A DNA stretch of 64,000 nt from Octopus sinensis (Eukaryota). A program made the position numbers and the translations under genes. The stretch spans positions 18,414,001-18,478,000 of the forward strand of contig NC_043000.1 in NCBI RefSeq assembly GCF_006345805.1. Reading direction: 5' to 3'. The notes under the pieces are model-generated. The model was not told the origin of the DNA. It ran no database searches and worked only from the letters and a program-made list of their open reading frames with translations. This document shows, in pieces, positions 23,354 to 36,039 of this stretch. Numbering within the stretch: the stretch's first letter is position 1; every line of letters starts with the position of its first letter.

Positions 23354-24718
23354 TGTAGCAATATCGTTTCCCTCATTGCTATCTTCACTGTTTGAGAAGA
23401 GTATTAAGAATAATCTCGTTCGAGATTACAAACATCTTCGGCTAGTTTAACATTGTTGTAAACACTAATCCGATTGGCTGACACGTGGTCTCTACTACGT
23501 TCGCACCGCTGGTTGTCACGTGACACGATTTGCCTCCGCTTATTTTCGCGCCATTTGTTCCAAGCAGCCAATCACAGCTTTTCATATCGGAAGTCCGTTT
23601 TGAGTCACATAAACCTTATATAAAGAAGTGTTTTCAAACACCTATCGTCTTTGGTTCAAGTCCTTCTCAGGGCGAACCTCTGACCACAGAGTTCGTCTTT
23701 GGTTCTAGTTCTTCCCAGAACGAACCTCTGACCACAGAGTTCGTCTTTGGTTCAAGTCCTTCTCAGGGCGAACCTCTGAACACAGAGTTCGTCTTTGGTT
23801 CTAGTCCTTCTCAGGACTAACCTCTGACCACAGAGCTCGTCTTAGGTTACAGTCCTTTTCAGGGCGGACCTCTGACCACACAGAGCATACCAACTATGTT
23901 CCGGTTCGAAAGGCAGGCGATCACCAAGCATAACTATCCACGAAGATTTAGCTTGTATACAAGATGTTACAGATTCCTCTCATACTGTTAGTGTGAAAAT
24001 ATCACCACGAAAAGAACGGTTACAGGATATCTATAACTAGAGAAAAATAACCAAGCAGAATATATAATGAAGACGCAGCAAAAACCAAGCGACAGACACA
24101 ACTCATCGCCAAACATCGTCTCTATCTACTAAGGTTTAATTTGTACACAAGACAACTACAGATTCAACTATAGCGGTTAGGTGAAAATATCACCACGGAA
24201 AAACGGCTACAGTTAATATATCTGGAAGTATATTCATATCAAGAGAAAGATAAAACACAACAAGTGATTCAATTAATCTCAACTACGAGACGCAACATCT
24301 TGATATGGAACTCTTACACTCCGTGTACCTCATAAACGGTAAATCAATTATCTGTCTTGAGTTCTAGTTCTTCTAAGAACTACATTAAGCCATCTGCTAC
24401 TATCTGTTGCTAGGCTGATACCAACAACATGAACTGTGAACCAAATTCTATTGTTATTTCTCTGGTTAGTACCTTTTTATGCCTCACGAACACACAGACA
24501 CAAAAACCTGCTAACACTTACAAACTTCCAACATCAGCATGATTGTAAAATATGTAAAATAAATAATGTATATATCTCAAAAAGAAATCTTGTTGTCATT
24601 CCACTTGTGTTCTATTGCCGCTGTATGTATTATATGGTCTGTAATATTTCATTAGGAATATGACCACGTGCGACCGTGTCTCTTACATGATACGACCGCA
24701 TGTGATTCTATTTTTATA
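23354..24718 (+). mobile_element. Solo-LTR-like insertion of about 1.36 kb in the mariner
   Basis: TGTAG start, GTAC (TAGTAC) duplicated at both ends, CCAAT and TATAAA motifs; the 3' end reads TA rather than CA. Confidence 0.6.
23645..23884. repeat. 48-bp tandem repeat x5
   Basis: Units at 23645, 23693, 23741, 23789 and 23837, mostly with an internal CTCTG-ACCA-CAGAG hairpin. Confidence 0.9.
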
Positions 24719-24828
24719 GTACAATTCGGGGACGCCCGTCAACCTCCACCATTGACGAGAAGATTCAGCAGACTCAAGGGATGGTAATCGATAAGGTGAC
24801 TCGTTCTCTGCAGACCAGTCATGGTTCT

Positions 24829-25852
24829 TATTTCTTTACTGCCCACAAGGGGCTACACAGAGGGGACAAACAAGGACAGACAAACGGATCAAGTCGATTA
24901 TATCTTTACGTTCTGAGTTCAAATTCCGCCGAGGTCGACTTAGCCTTTCATCTTTTCTAAGTCGATGAATTAAGTACCAGTTGCGTACTGGGGTCAATCT
25001 AATCGTAACTGGTACTTATTTTATCGACCCCGACAGGATGAAAGGCAAAGTCGACCTCGGCGGAATTTGAACTCAGAATGCAGCGGCAGACGAAATACCT
25101 ATTTCCTTACTACTCACAAGGGGCTACACAGAGGGGAAAAACAAGGACTGACAAAGGGATTGAGTCGATTACATCGACCCCAGTGCGTAACTGGTACTTA
25201 TTTAATCGACCCCGAAAGGATGACTGGCAAAGTCGACCTCGGCGGAATTTGAACTCAGAATGCAGTGGCAGAGGAAATACCTATTTCTTTACTACACAGA
25301 GGGGACAAACGGATTAAGTCGATTATATCGACCCCAGTGCGTAACTGGTACTTATTTAATCGACCCCAAAAGGATGAAAGGCAAAGTCGACCTTGGCGGA
25401 ATTTGAACTCAGAATGCAGCGGCAGACGAAATACCTATTTCTTGACTGCCCACAAGGGGCTACACACAGAGGGGACAAACAAAGACAGACAAACGGATTA
25501 AGTCGATTACATCGACTCCAGTGCATTACTGGTACTTATTTATTCGACCCCGAAAGGATGAAAGGCAAAGTCGACCTTGGCGGAATCTGAACTCAGAACG
25601 TAGCAGCAGATGAAATACCTATTTCTTTACTACCCACAAGGGGCTAAACACAGAGATGGCAAACAAGGACAAACAAACGGATTAAGTCGATTATATCGAC
25701 CCCAGTGCGTAACTGGTACTTATTTAATCGACCCCGAAAGGATGAAAGACAAAGTTGACCTTGGCGGAATTTGAACTCAGAACGTAGCGGTAGACGAAAT
25801 ACCACTCAGCATTTCGCCCGGCGTGCTAACGATTCTGCCAGCTCACCGCCTT
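24829..25852 (-). mobile_element. SINE family 2 multimer (about 5-6 units) inserted in the mariner
   Basis: 13-bp TSD CAGTCATGGTTCT; repeated GAAATAC|CTATTT junctions; head at about 25800-25850. Confidence 0.87.
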
Positions 25853-26599
25853 ATCAGTCATGGTTCTGCCTATCAAATGATCCACGATGAGCTCGGCTTT
25901 CATAAAGTCTTTGCAAAATGGATGCCAAGACAGCTTACTGCAGAGCACAAGCGCAAACGTCTTGAGGTATGCCAATGTTTACTTGATCGCTACAACAATG
26001 AGGGCAAAGAATGTTTGAGCAGAATAGTCACAGGAGATGAAACGTGGGTCCATCATTATGAACCAAAATAAAAAAAAAACAGAATATGGAGTTGAAACAT
26101 CCTAGCTTGCCAGAGGCGAAGAAATTCAAGATTCAGTCTTCTACAGGAATGGTGATGCTAACCTTATTTTTGGGATTCAGAAGGGCCTATACTGGAAGGC
26201 TACCTGGCAAAGGAGTATACGATCAACAGTGCAAGATACGGTGCTTTGCTGGTCAACGAACTGAAGTCAGCAATTCGCAGCAAACGCCAAAGCCTATTAT
26301 CGAAGGAAGTTTTGTTGTTGCATGACAATGCACGCCCAGACTGTTGAAATCATTAACCGATTGGGTTTTGAGGTGCTAGAACACCCTACCTGCAGCCCAG
26401 ATCTCGTCCCTTCTGACTATCATATCTTTGGAACACTCAAAGATGGTTTACAAGGTCGTCGATTTCCTATGGATGAAGATGTGAAAGAAACAGTGCATAA
26501 ATGGTTGCATGACCAACCGAAAACCTTCTTCGGGGAAATACGCAAGTATGTGGACCGCTGGACCAAGTGCATCGAAAAGGAAGCGACTATATAGAAAAA

Positions 26600-27431
26600 C
26601 TAGCAGCATAGCTCGGCGTTGCCCGGGTATGTAAGAGCCCCTAGTAGGCAACGATTAATCCCAATCTAGTCCTTTCCCTCTAGGGAATGAAGGCGCGTGT
26701 GTAGGTTGCAATGTCTTCTCTTCACTCGAATACTTCTGTGTATACGATGTTCCTAGCTGTCCCTTTGGGCGAAAACATGAAAACATCATTGCGCCTCCCA
26801 AGAGAGTTAAAAAGGTCGAGTTGCGTCCCCTAGACAGTCTGTGCTTTGTGTTTAATACACAAATCGGTTTGTTATGTGTGCCACATATGATTTAATTAAC
26901 CGATTTTTTCCAGTAATAAAGTATCCTATCGGAATAAAAAGGTCCATATAGCTCCTTGGAGCAGACATGATGCTCGCTGTGAATTAAAAAAAAAATTTCT
27001 GCCAATTTGTGAAAGATATTGTCGAAAATATGTCATCTTGTATTTGAACGCGATTTCCCAAAATGGCCTGATTTTATCGATTTTTTCTGATGGTAAGGTA
27101 TTGCATGGAAAACTAATGTCAGAATTAAGTTTCTTAGGGTAACATTAAGCTTCACCATGAGTTTGGTGAAAATCGATTGCAAGTTGCGAAAACTACAACA
27201 GAAAACGTGTTCCATATAAAAAGCTTAGATTCTCGACCCCATGTCAAATTTATCGATTTTTTTTCAGAACTGGGGGAACTTTTCAAAATTTTCGCTGCGT
27301 TAGTTTTGAATTATGACATTGGGCTATGTGTGTGTCAAGTTTCACCAGAATCGGTTGAAAGCCGTGGTCAGGGTGAGGGTACAACCTGACAGACACACAG
27401 ACAGACAAACTGCCGTTTATATATAGAGAGA
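26600..27431 (-). mobile_element. Helitron family A inserted at the mariner transposase stop region
   Basis: Near-identical to 1467-2307; A|T insertion site. Confidence 0.85.
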
Positions 27432-27561
27432 TGATGTACCAGTTTATCCCCTGCTTTTGTGTAAATACATTGAAAAAACAAGAGTGCATATAATTTTTGA
27501 TGATATCTGTAGCGTACATTCGAGCGAAATTCCTCTCCATTTTATTATATATACATACGAA

Positions 27562-28230
27562 CGTAGCAGATAACAGCTAGCCATTGGCAGCTATTTGGAC
27601 CCCGTTGTGCCCATTACTCTGACTGGTTGAGACTGGCGCAATTTGTCTCTTACTCTGTCGCACCAATCTGCAGCGTGTAACCAATCGGAGTTCTAAATAA
27701 GACCACGTGAAACAGCCTGTTCACAATCCAATTTGAGCCTACTGTTACTTATAAAAGCCAGCTACTCCTCGTCTCGAAGTCTTTGGTTTCAGACCTTTTA
27801 AAGTTTAGCCACTGACCACACAAGACATAGCCAGTTCCAGCAACAACGCCAGACGCCCAGGTTTCAACACAGCACAGTTCGGGAATTACTTCACCAAGGA
27901 TCAGCAGCAAATATACAACCTGCCAGCCAGACGACAACACCCGTCCAACAGCATTACGGCAATCTCTTTCTTCGTCGCTACCATCTTATTCTTAACGACG
28001 TCAACAACATCTCTATGTACACAGCTCAACCAGCAACACTGCACAGGTTCTAATAGAGTACTGTTCGTGAATTACTTCACCATGGTTAACAGCAAATACA
28101 ACCTGCGAGGACTCCTGTACAAGTGACTCAGGCGGCAGCATTACAGCCACAGCTTCGTACGACATGTACCGCAACCGGCTCTGCATCATCGCCACAACTA
28201 GTCCGGGAACCTTTTGATACCACCTCATTC
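27562..28230 (+). mobile_element. LTR-like fragment related to the solo LTR at 40327-41416
   Basis: GTAGCAGATAAC...GCTATTTGGACCCGTTGTGCCC parallels GTAGCAGATGAC...GCTATTTAGACCCTGTTGTGTCC at about 40380. Confidence 0.5.
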
Positions 28231-28310
<80 letters not shown>

Positions 28311-28474
28311 ATATTTGAATTTTATCTTCTACGGAATGAAGAGCAAGCCTTCTTCTATAATACTCTCAATTTTGGTAAACTTGTGTCTCAAGGTCTCAGA
28401 GGAGATAGCGTTAGTTGAAGGCTACCAAACCTGCCACACACAGACAACTTCAGCTTTATAGATATATATAGAGA

Positions 28475-28931
28475 CTAGCAGCATAGCCCGGCGTTGCCCG
28501 GGTATGTAAGAGCCCCTAGTAGGCAACGACTAATCCCAATCTAGTCCTTTCCCTCTAGGGAACGAAGGCGCATGTGTATGTTGCAATGTCTTCTCTTCAC
28601 TCGAATACTTCTGTGTATACAATGTTCCTAGCTGTCCCTTTGGGCGAAAACATGAAAACATCATTGTGCCTCCCAACGCGTGAACAGCCCACATACAGCC
28701 CAGAAAATGTGTTGTATATAAAAAGCTTAGATTCTCGACCCCATGTCGAATTTATCGATTTTTTCAGAACTGGGGGAATTTTTCAAAATTTTCGGTGCGT
28801 TAGTTTTGAATTATAACATTGGGCCATGTGTGCGTCAAGTTTCATCAGAATCGGTTGAAAGCCGTGGTCAGGATGAGGGTACAACCTGACAGACACACAG
28901 ACAGACAAACTGCCGTTTATATATAGAGAGA
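28475..28931 (-). mobile_element. Helitron family A deletion derivative, in tandem with a family C 5' fragment
   Basis: Both A termini present, central part deleted. Confidence 0.8.
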
Positions 28932-28989
28932 TATAGATATATAATTTGAGCGGTAGGCCCATGAGGCCAGTTTATTCGTATAGACTCTC

Positions 28990-29135
28990 ACCCTGGATAG
29001 GACTTAAGGTCCCATTTTTGCCAGCTGAATGGATTGGAACAATGTGAAATGAAATGTTTTCCACGGTAAGACAACGCATCTCTCTGTCCAGGAATCGAAA
29101 CCCAATCATGTGATTATGAATGCAACACCCTAACA
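28990..29135 (-). mobile_element. Degenerate tRNA-SINE of a further family
   Basis: Minus strand GTTAGGGTGTTGCATTC...GGGTTTCGATTCCTGG, then CCATTCAGCTGGCAAAAATGG. Confidence 0.5.
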
Positions 29136-29589
29136 AACAAATCTCATGAACCTCCCACCCTAACGCCTCGTGTATATGCAAGCATTTTTAAATGGTGGAC
29201 TCTGAAATTCCTGACTTTCAGAGAACTTTAAAAATTCTTCCCCAGATGCAAATTTTGACACATGAATCCAGGACATGTTCTGGAAAATATGGATGTAACG
29301 CATTTCTAATCTACTCCAGGAAGGTCAAAAGCAGTTGGCCACATGGTTTTGTGTTTATGGTTGAAAATGACGATGTTTCTGCCAATTAGCAAACTATAAA
29401 CACAAAACTATGTGATTGTTTGCATCTTCCAGGAGTAAAATGAAATTAATTGCGCTCACTAAAGTATTCGTGGGTTCAAAGAGCCAACTAAAATTCGTTA
29501 AGAAAATATTAGCATTTGAGACGGAAACAATCGAGAACCGCTTTAAATTTATGTTGATTTAAACATTTCATTTATTGTTATATAAGGTA

Positions 29590-29997
29590 CTAGCAGTATC
29601 GCCCGACGTTGCTCGGGTTTGTAAGGGAAATAACTATATGAGCATTTTTAGAGAGTTATAGCCAAAAAATAGCAAAAAAATGCATTAAAAATGGAAAAAA
29701 ATTTATGGTAATTTTTTTTTTAAATCGTTGACTCATCGTAGACATTTTTAGAGAGTTACTTCCCTTATATAATAGCGAAAACATGCATTAAAATGAAAAA
29801 AATGATGGTAATTTTTTTTTTAAATCGTAGACCCATTGTAGACGCGCGCTAATACCCAGAAGGGCTCGATATGAATCACGACTATAAGATACCCACTTTT
29901 GGTTAAACTGCACCGCAAAATGTGGGAGGTGGGAGTAGTTAGGAATCTAAATCGTAGGAGACAGACACTTACACAACTTCACTTTTATATATAAAGA
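29590..29997 (-). mobile_element. Helitron family B
   Basis: TCTTTATATATAAAAGTG 5' end, hairpin-CTAG 3' end; other copies at 32957-33353(+), 37310-37707(-), 48160-48532(+) and 58910-59304(+). Confidence 0.83.
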
Positions 29998-31158
29998 TTT
30001 TTATGGATTAAGTTTCCATTTTCCTGTATTGCTTTATATAAATCTCTCTTTTAGTGTTATCACTCTGATAGTGCAGTCCGTAACATTACATCCCACTCCC
30101 ATGAAAATGCCTATGCTTCTGAGTAATCATTGTCTACTGTATCCAGCATGGTTCTAATGTTCCAGCATGGGTGTATATTTTTATTGCAGGGCTTGATGAA
30201 TAGTTGTGAAGGATGGTCGTAGATGTGAGCCGGTCCTTTGGCCTGCACAGTATTCTTTTTTTGAAATTTTTTTAGAAGGAGTCAGTGGTATCGTGCAGGA
30301 TGTGCGGATTGCAGTAAAGGAATCACTTTGTATGTGTGCTTGCTGTCATTTTAACTACTGCACAGCATTGGATTTGTCGCCCTGTAGGGCCAAAACCCAT
30401 GTTGTGCCGTAGCCAAATTGACCGGTCAAAACCAATACTGTATAGTTACCAAATTGGTCGGCCCCAGTGGGGCTAAAACCCATGCTACACCACCGGATGG
30501 TGTACAGTGTGCATTGCACTGGACTTACCCTTTGCATCAAGGGTTTATCCGCTATGGCCTAACAAACTGGAAGAGTGATAGCAAAGTCATCGGGTTGTGT
30601 TATATATTGGCGTCTGCCATTTCCTAGGCGGATGACTTGATAAGGCTAACAAGTCACATTTTCCTAAATCTGGAGTCAGAGGTGTCCTTCTCTTTAACTA
30701 GTTGCCAACCAAAGCTGATGTGCCTAGCTTACTCACCTGGTAGTATGGCTAAATACTTAGTCATGCCATGATGTCGCAAGATTTGCGGAAGTAAGAGGCC
30801 GTGATAAGAAATGTTGCTATGGATATAGTAAAGTAGATGTCATTTTCAGTGGCCTTCTGTTTATGGCCGTGTGTGTGTGTGTGTGTGTGTGTGTATGTAA
30901 GTACGTATGTATATATGTATGAGTGCGCGCACACGTACATTTGTACATACATACATACTAGGCACAGGCATGGCTGTATGGTTAAGAAGTTTGCTTCGCA
31001 ACCATATGATTTGGGGCTCAGTCTCACCGTGCAACGCTTCGGACAACTAAAGCCTTGTGAGTAAATTTGCTAGATGGAAAGTGAACAAGAGGAACAGAAG
31101 TGGGTGTGAGTGATAACGAAAAAATTAAAGTGATGACGGAAAAATTAAAATTTAGGAC

Positions 31159-31750
31159 GGCAAGCTGGCAGAAACGTTAGCATGCCGGGCGAAATGCGTA
31201 GCCGCTACGTTCTGAGTTCAAATTCCGCCGAGGTCGACTTTGCCTTTCATCCTTTCGGGGTCGATTAAATAAGTACCAGTTACGCACTGGGGTCGATATA
31301 ATCGACTCAATCCGTTTGTCTGTCCTTGTTTGTCCCCTCTGTGTTTAGCCCCTTGTGGGTAGTAAAGAAATAGGTATTTCGTCTGCCGCTACGTTCTGAG
31401 TTCGAATTCCGCCGAGACCGACTTTGCCTTTCATCCTTTCGGGATCGATTAAATAAGTACCTATTTCTTTACTACCCACAAGGGGCTAAACGCAGAGGGG
31501 ACAAAGAAGGACAGACATAGGTATTAAGTCGATTACATCGACCCCAGTGCGTAACTGGTACTTAATTTATCGACCCCGAAAGGATGAAAGGCAAAGTTGA
31601 CCTCGGCGGAATTTGAACTCACAACGTAACGCAGACGAAATACTGCTAAGCATTTCGCCCGGCGTGCTAACGTTTCTGCCAGCTCGCCGTTTGTCTGTCC
31701 TTGTTTGTCCCCTCTATGTTTAGCCCCTTGTGGGCAATAAAGAAATAAGT
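31159..31750. mobile_element. SINE family 2 dimer (+) with a full antisense family 2 copy (31461-31688) inserted in its second unit
   Basis: The + unit breaks at AAGTAC and resumes at GTTTGTCTG after the minus copy. Confidence 0.8.
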
Positions 31751-31834
31751 TAAAATTCAAGTGAGAAGGGAGCTGAAGGATGAAAATGAGTTTACTTAAC
31801 TAAGAAGTGGTGAAGATGCAGAAGCAAGACATTC

Positions 31835-32125
31835 AATTAAACCCGTCTTTCGTGCTTGAATATGAAACATTGCTCCTTCACATTTTTGGGTTATGAATCC
31901 CTGACGTGCAGAGATGTCACACACTGATAAATGGATTTTGAAATGACTCTTTGTGTTGAAGTGGGTGGCCTGGCATATACAGTAATGTGCTTTTGAATGT
32001 GCTCGCGAATGTGATCGGCAAGGCAGTAACCTGTTTTTCCAATGTTAAATGCTCGGTAAAGTTTGCAGATGATGCAATGTATGAAGTTGGAAGATGTGCA
32101 GCATAAGTTCTGGGTGATATGGCAC
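31835..32125 (-). mobile_element. Penelope-like element, GIY-YIG endonuclease remnant
   Basis: Minus strand SSNFIHCIICKLYRAFNIGKTGYCLADHIREH...ATHFN...HLSV...GLN resembles Penelope C..SN.IY.I.C..C...YIG.TG..L..RF.EH...HF...GLN. Confidence 0.62.
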
Positions 32126-32140
32126 TGGTTTAGAACCAGT

Positions 32141-32646
32141 AAGGCTGGTCAGCCTGTAATGACATGCATAAGATCTGGTCATCAAATCTAAGTAGAGACT
32201 TCAAACTTGAAATCTTCAAAACCACAGACGAACTAATTCTACTATATGGCTCAGAAACCTGGACGTTATCAAAGAAGCTTGAGAGGCGGTTGGATGGAAC
32301 CTACACTCGCCTCCTCATGAGAGCTCAAAATCTCTCGTGGAGGCGCCATCCAACCAAAATGCAAGTATATGGGAAACTACCACCTGTATCATCTCTTGTG
32401 AAAGGTAGGAGAGTCCAGTTTGCTGGACATTGTTGCAGAGCTGAAAAAGAAGTAATTTCTACTCTTCTCCTCTGGAAGCCATCTACTCGCAATACCAGAG
32501 GGCGCACACTCTCCTACCCTGATGTAATCTCCAGGGATACAGGCATCCAGCAACAGGACCTCCGTAATGCCATGATGGACCGTGAAGTCTGGCGTAGCAT
32601 GGTAAATTCCATTGTCTCGACCATGGTCGAACAATGATGATGATGA
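32141..32646 (+). mobile_element. 5'-truncated RTE-clade LINE
   Basis: 157-aa open C-terminus (LLYGSETWTL...RVQFAGHC...MMDREVWR), (TGA)n tail, 11-bp TSD TTAGAACCAGT. Confidence 0.9.
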
Positions 32647-32956
32647 TTAGAACCAGTGATGGTTGTAGTGTTGCTAATGTAGGTGTAGCGGGGGTTCGAA
32701 CCATAAGCACTAGATATTCAGTTTGATACCACGAGTGAGCCACTACAGTTTCACGTAACTGATCTATAAATCGACCACTCACCGTGAAGCTGTAACGTGA
32801 TATAACGCTTAACTCATGGCTCAGACGGCCGACAGACCGCTGGCGTCAAAGAGCGCCTCAGACATTTGCACAGATGACAGACCAAACACCACATAATGTC
32901 AAACAGATAGTTTTCGACATTCACAGAGCATTTTTTTCTCTCCTCCTGGTCAGTAA

Positions 32957-33353
32957 TCTTTATATATAAAAGTGAAGTTGTGTGTCTGTCTCCTACGATT
33001 TAGATTCCTAACTACTCCCACATTTTGCGGTGCAGTTTAACCAAAAGCGGGTATCTTATAGTCGTGATTCATATCGAGCCCTTCTGGGTATTAGCGCGCG
33101 TCTACGATGAGTCTACGATTTTTAAACAAATTTACCATCATTTTTTCCATTTTAATGCATGTTTTCGCTATTATATAAGGGAAGTAACTCTCTAAAAATA
33201 TCTACGATGAGTCAACGATTAAAAAAAAATTACCATAATTTTTTATTCCATTTTTAATGCATATTTTGCTATTTTTTTTTGCTATAACTCTCTAAAAATG
33301 CTTATATAGTTATTTCCCTTACAAACCCGAGCAACGCCGGGCGATACTGCTAG
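32957..33353 (+). mobile_element. Helitron family B
   Basis: A|TC...CTAG|T. Confidence 0.83.
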
Positions 33354-34259
33354 TTATTAATATTGTTCATTGTAAATAGGGAACACCAAATATTATGGTT
33401 AATTGTTTCGTGAGTTTGCTTCAGTTATTTTTCACGCAACCAATAACAGCATTCCACGCATACACTACAACAATGATAAGCCATTCACTTTGAAAATAAC
33501 AATTCAGATGTATGAAGCATATCATCATTGACCGGTTCAGCATGAGCGCACAAGCATCTTCACAACATAGGAACGCAGCCGATCGGACGGCGACTGTATT
33601 TGTTCATCGTTGTTGTTATTCAAGGATTTCTGCAATTATGGCTTTCACAAGGTTTGCTTGCATATGATCAAGATCAATCTAGTCAAACCGCGAGCTTCTC
33701 TAAAGTGGTTGTTGAACAGCAGATCGATTTTCTGACCAGCAGAGCTGCTCCCTTTCACAAAAAATTAAAATAAACCCAGATTTCATTTCTGAGTGACACT
33801 GGTCGCCCATTTTACGATTACGTCTAAGTTTTTCTCTATCTGGAAAATTAGGGCCGAGCCAGAGTTCAAACACTTTAACCAGATCCTTGGTCCAGCAACA
33901 GAAGTCGCTGATTTTTTTCTTCCAAGTGCCGAGTTGCTAGCTCATTGACTTATCCCAGTGAATACGTACTCCCGTTACTTCCTGATACTACTCGTATAGG
34001 GTGCCGATCATGTCAATTTTCGATGTGTGCCAAACCATGATGATGAGTTATCGGTATACGCAGACATAGCTCTCTGTCATCCCTGAGGCATAACTCGAAC
34101 ACCAAGACATGCAGAAGAGAGAGAAAAAGTGGGATGTTTACTTGGTAGATAACACGATGTGATATGTGGCCGTTCAATACGAATAAACAGATGTTGGTTG
34201 CTCTATAGTGCAGAGATTCAGTCTCTCAAGACACGACAATAAAGGCTGCTTCTAAGATA

Positions 34260-35536
34260 TTAGGTTGTCCAGAAAGTTCTTGCGCTTTTTAACCATTAAA
34301 TTCAGATGCACACATCTCGGCTCAAACAAAACTTTATTAATCGAAATAAATACCATAGAATCAACACACCTTTGCCAACGCGAAACAAGTTTATTTATGT
34401 CAGTAGCCTAAAAACCCTGCGTTCTGGTGGCGATGAAGTCGTTGAAGGTGTGTTTGGCATCGTCTTGGTTTTGGAAGCATTTCTCACGCAGGAAGTTGTC
34501 GAGATGCATGAAAAAAAATGATAGTCGGTAGGCGAGAGGTCTGGTGATAATGGCGGACGAGGCAGAGTTTCGTAGCCCAATTCGTTCAACTTCTACGAGG
34601 TCAGTTGTGCGACGTGCGGCCGAGCGTTGTCGTGGAGACGAATTGGTCCTTTTGTATTGACCAATGCTGGCTGTTGTTGTCGGAGTTTCTTATGCATTTC
34701 ATCCATTTGCTGACAGTACTTCTCCGACGTAATGGTTTCGCCTGGATCCAAAAAGCTGTGATGGATGTGACCGGCCGCAGACCACTAAACAGTCACTGTG
34801 ACCTTCTTTTGGTGCAACTTTGGCTTCGGGAAGTGTCGTGGAGTTTCGTCGGCGTCCAGCTACTGAGCTGAGCGTCGCCGGTTGTCGTAAAGAATCTACT
34901 TTTCATCGCAAGTAACAATCCGGTCGAGAAACGGGTCGTTCTTGTTGCGCATAAAGAAGGGAAGATGACACTTCAAAACGGCGTTGTTTTTGGTTGTCGT
35001 TCAATTCGTGCGGCATTTCTCAAGTATTTTTGTTTTTCCAATCTCTTTCAAGTGGTTGGAAATTGTCATATATGTTATGTCTAATTCAGAAGCAAGCTCT
35101 CGAACAGTTGTGCGTGGACTGGCTTCGACTAAGGCTCTTAGTTGATCATTGTCCGATGGCCGACCACTACGCTTATCATCTTGAAGACTCTCGTCACCGC
35201 TACGAAATTACTTGAACCACCATTGTGCTGTACGTTCATTAGTGGTTCCTGGGCCAAACGCATCGTTGATATCGCGAGCTGTTTCAGCAGCTTTTCGGCC
35301 TAGCTTGAACTGGAATAAGAAAATTGTGCGAATTTGCTTCTTGTCCATGTTGTATTCAACGTTCCGGAAAAAATGGCCTGATTATTCAAAAATAAAAAGT
35401 GTAACACGATTAGATAGAGTGGAAAACGGACTTTAAAATGATATATAAAGTCAAAGTAATTTAACGAAAATTAATTTCAAAATACATCATTTAAAACCAA
35501 GCTAAAAATTCCGAAAGAACTTTCTTGACAACCTAA
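34260..35536 (-). mobile_element. Full-length mariner, cecropia/Hsmar1-like, with pseudogenised transposase
   Basis: TA TSD, TIR TTAGGTTGTC; ATG at 35348: MDKKQIRTIFLFQFKLGRKAAETARDINDAFGPG...PFLDRIVTCDEK*ILYDNRRR...PPLSPDLSPTDYHFF; stops and frameshifts present. Confidence 0.92.
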
Positions 35537-36039
35537 TAGCAACTTGATAGCAAAGGTCAATACTGGTAAAATATTTCGATCGATCAATTTGATCAGCTTG
35601 CACTCATTGAAGCTAGATCTATTATTGACCCCTTCGACGATGTATCACATAGGGTGGAGGTTGCCACCTACTGGTCTACTGGAGTTCTTAGAGGATTTTG
35701 CATCTCCGGTCACGCTACTGATAACAAATGCCAATTCCATAGTGAACGACTTCGCCGGGAGTTGTCAATGATATTCTTGTTTGGATCCTTCCTGAACATG
35801 GTCATCACATTCAGTATGATTTAAAAGAGAATTGGCTGCTATTTCATGTAGGTCGAGTAATTACGCAGACGCTTCCACGTTACTTTATCTCAGCTGTTGC
35901 TTCATCACACTGAAATTATTCAAATTTTAAGAAGAGTTGCCTCCCTTACATCAGAGCATTTAATATATATTTTACAGCAGTTGAAATTTATATTCTTAAT
36001 CTTTCTTCTATCATGATTCAGCTTACATCTGAAGTGTAT

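Larger units (their letters stand above)
23101..27511 (+). mobile_element. Mariner (DD34D) transposon relic split by three nested insertions
   Basis: TIR TACGAGGGGAAATAAAAAATTATCCGCACTCT, degenerate mate at about 27481-27511; transposase pieces MCTKEEQRAVIRFLWSEG (about 23263), SGRPSTST (24727), WMPRQL, IVTGDETW, HPTCSPDLVPSDYHIF. Confidence 0.88.

Noticed and set aside
33440-34250. Possible Tc1-like transposase relic
   Set aside because: No convincing motif or TIR on manual translation
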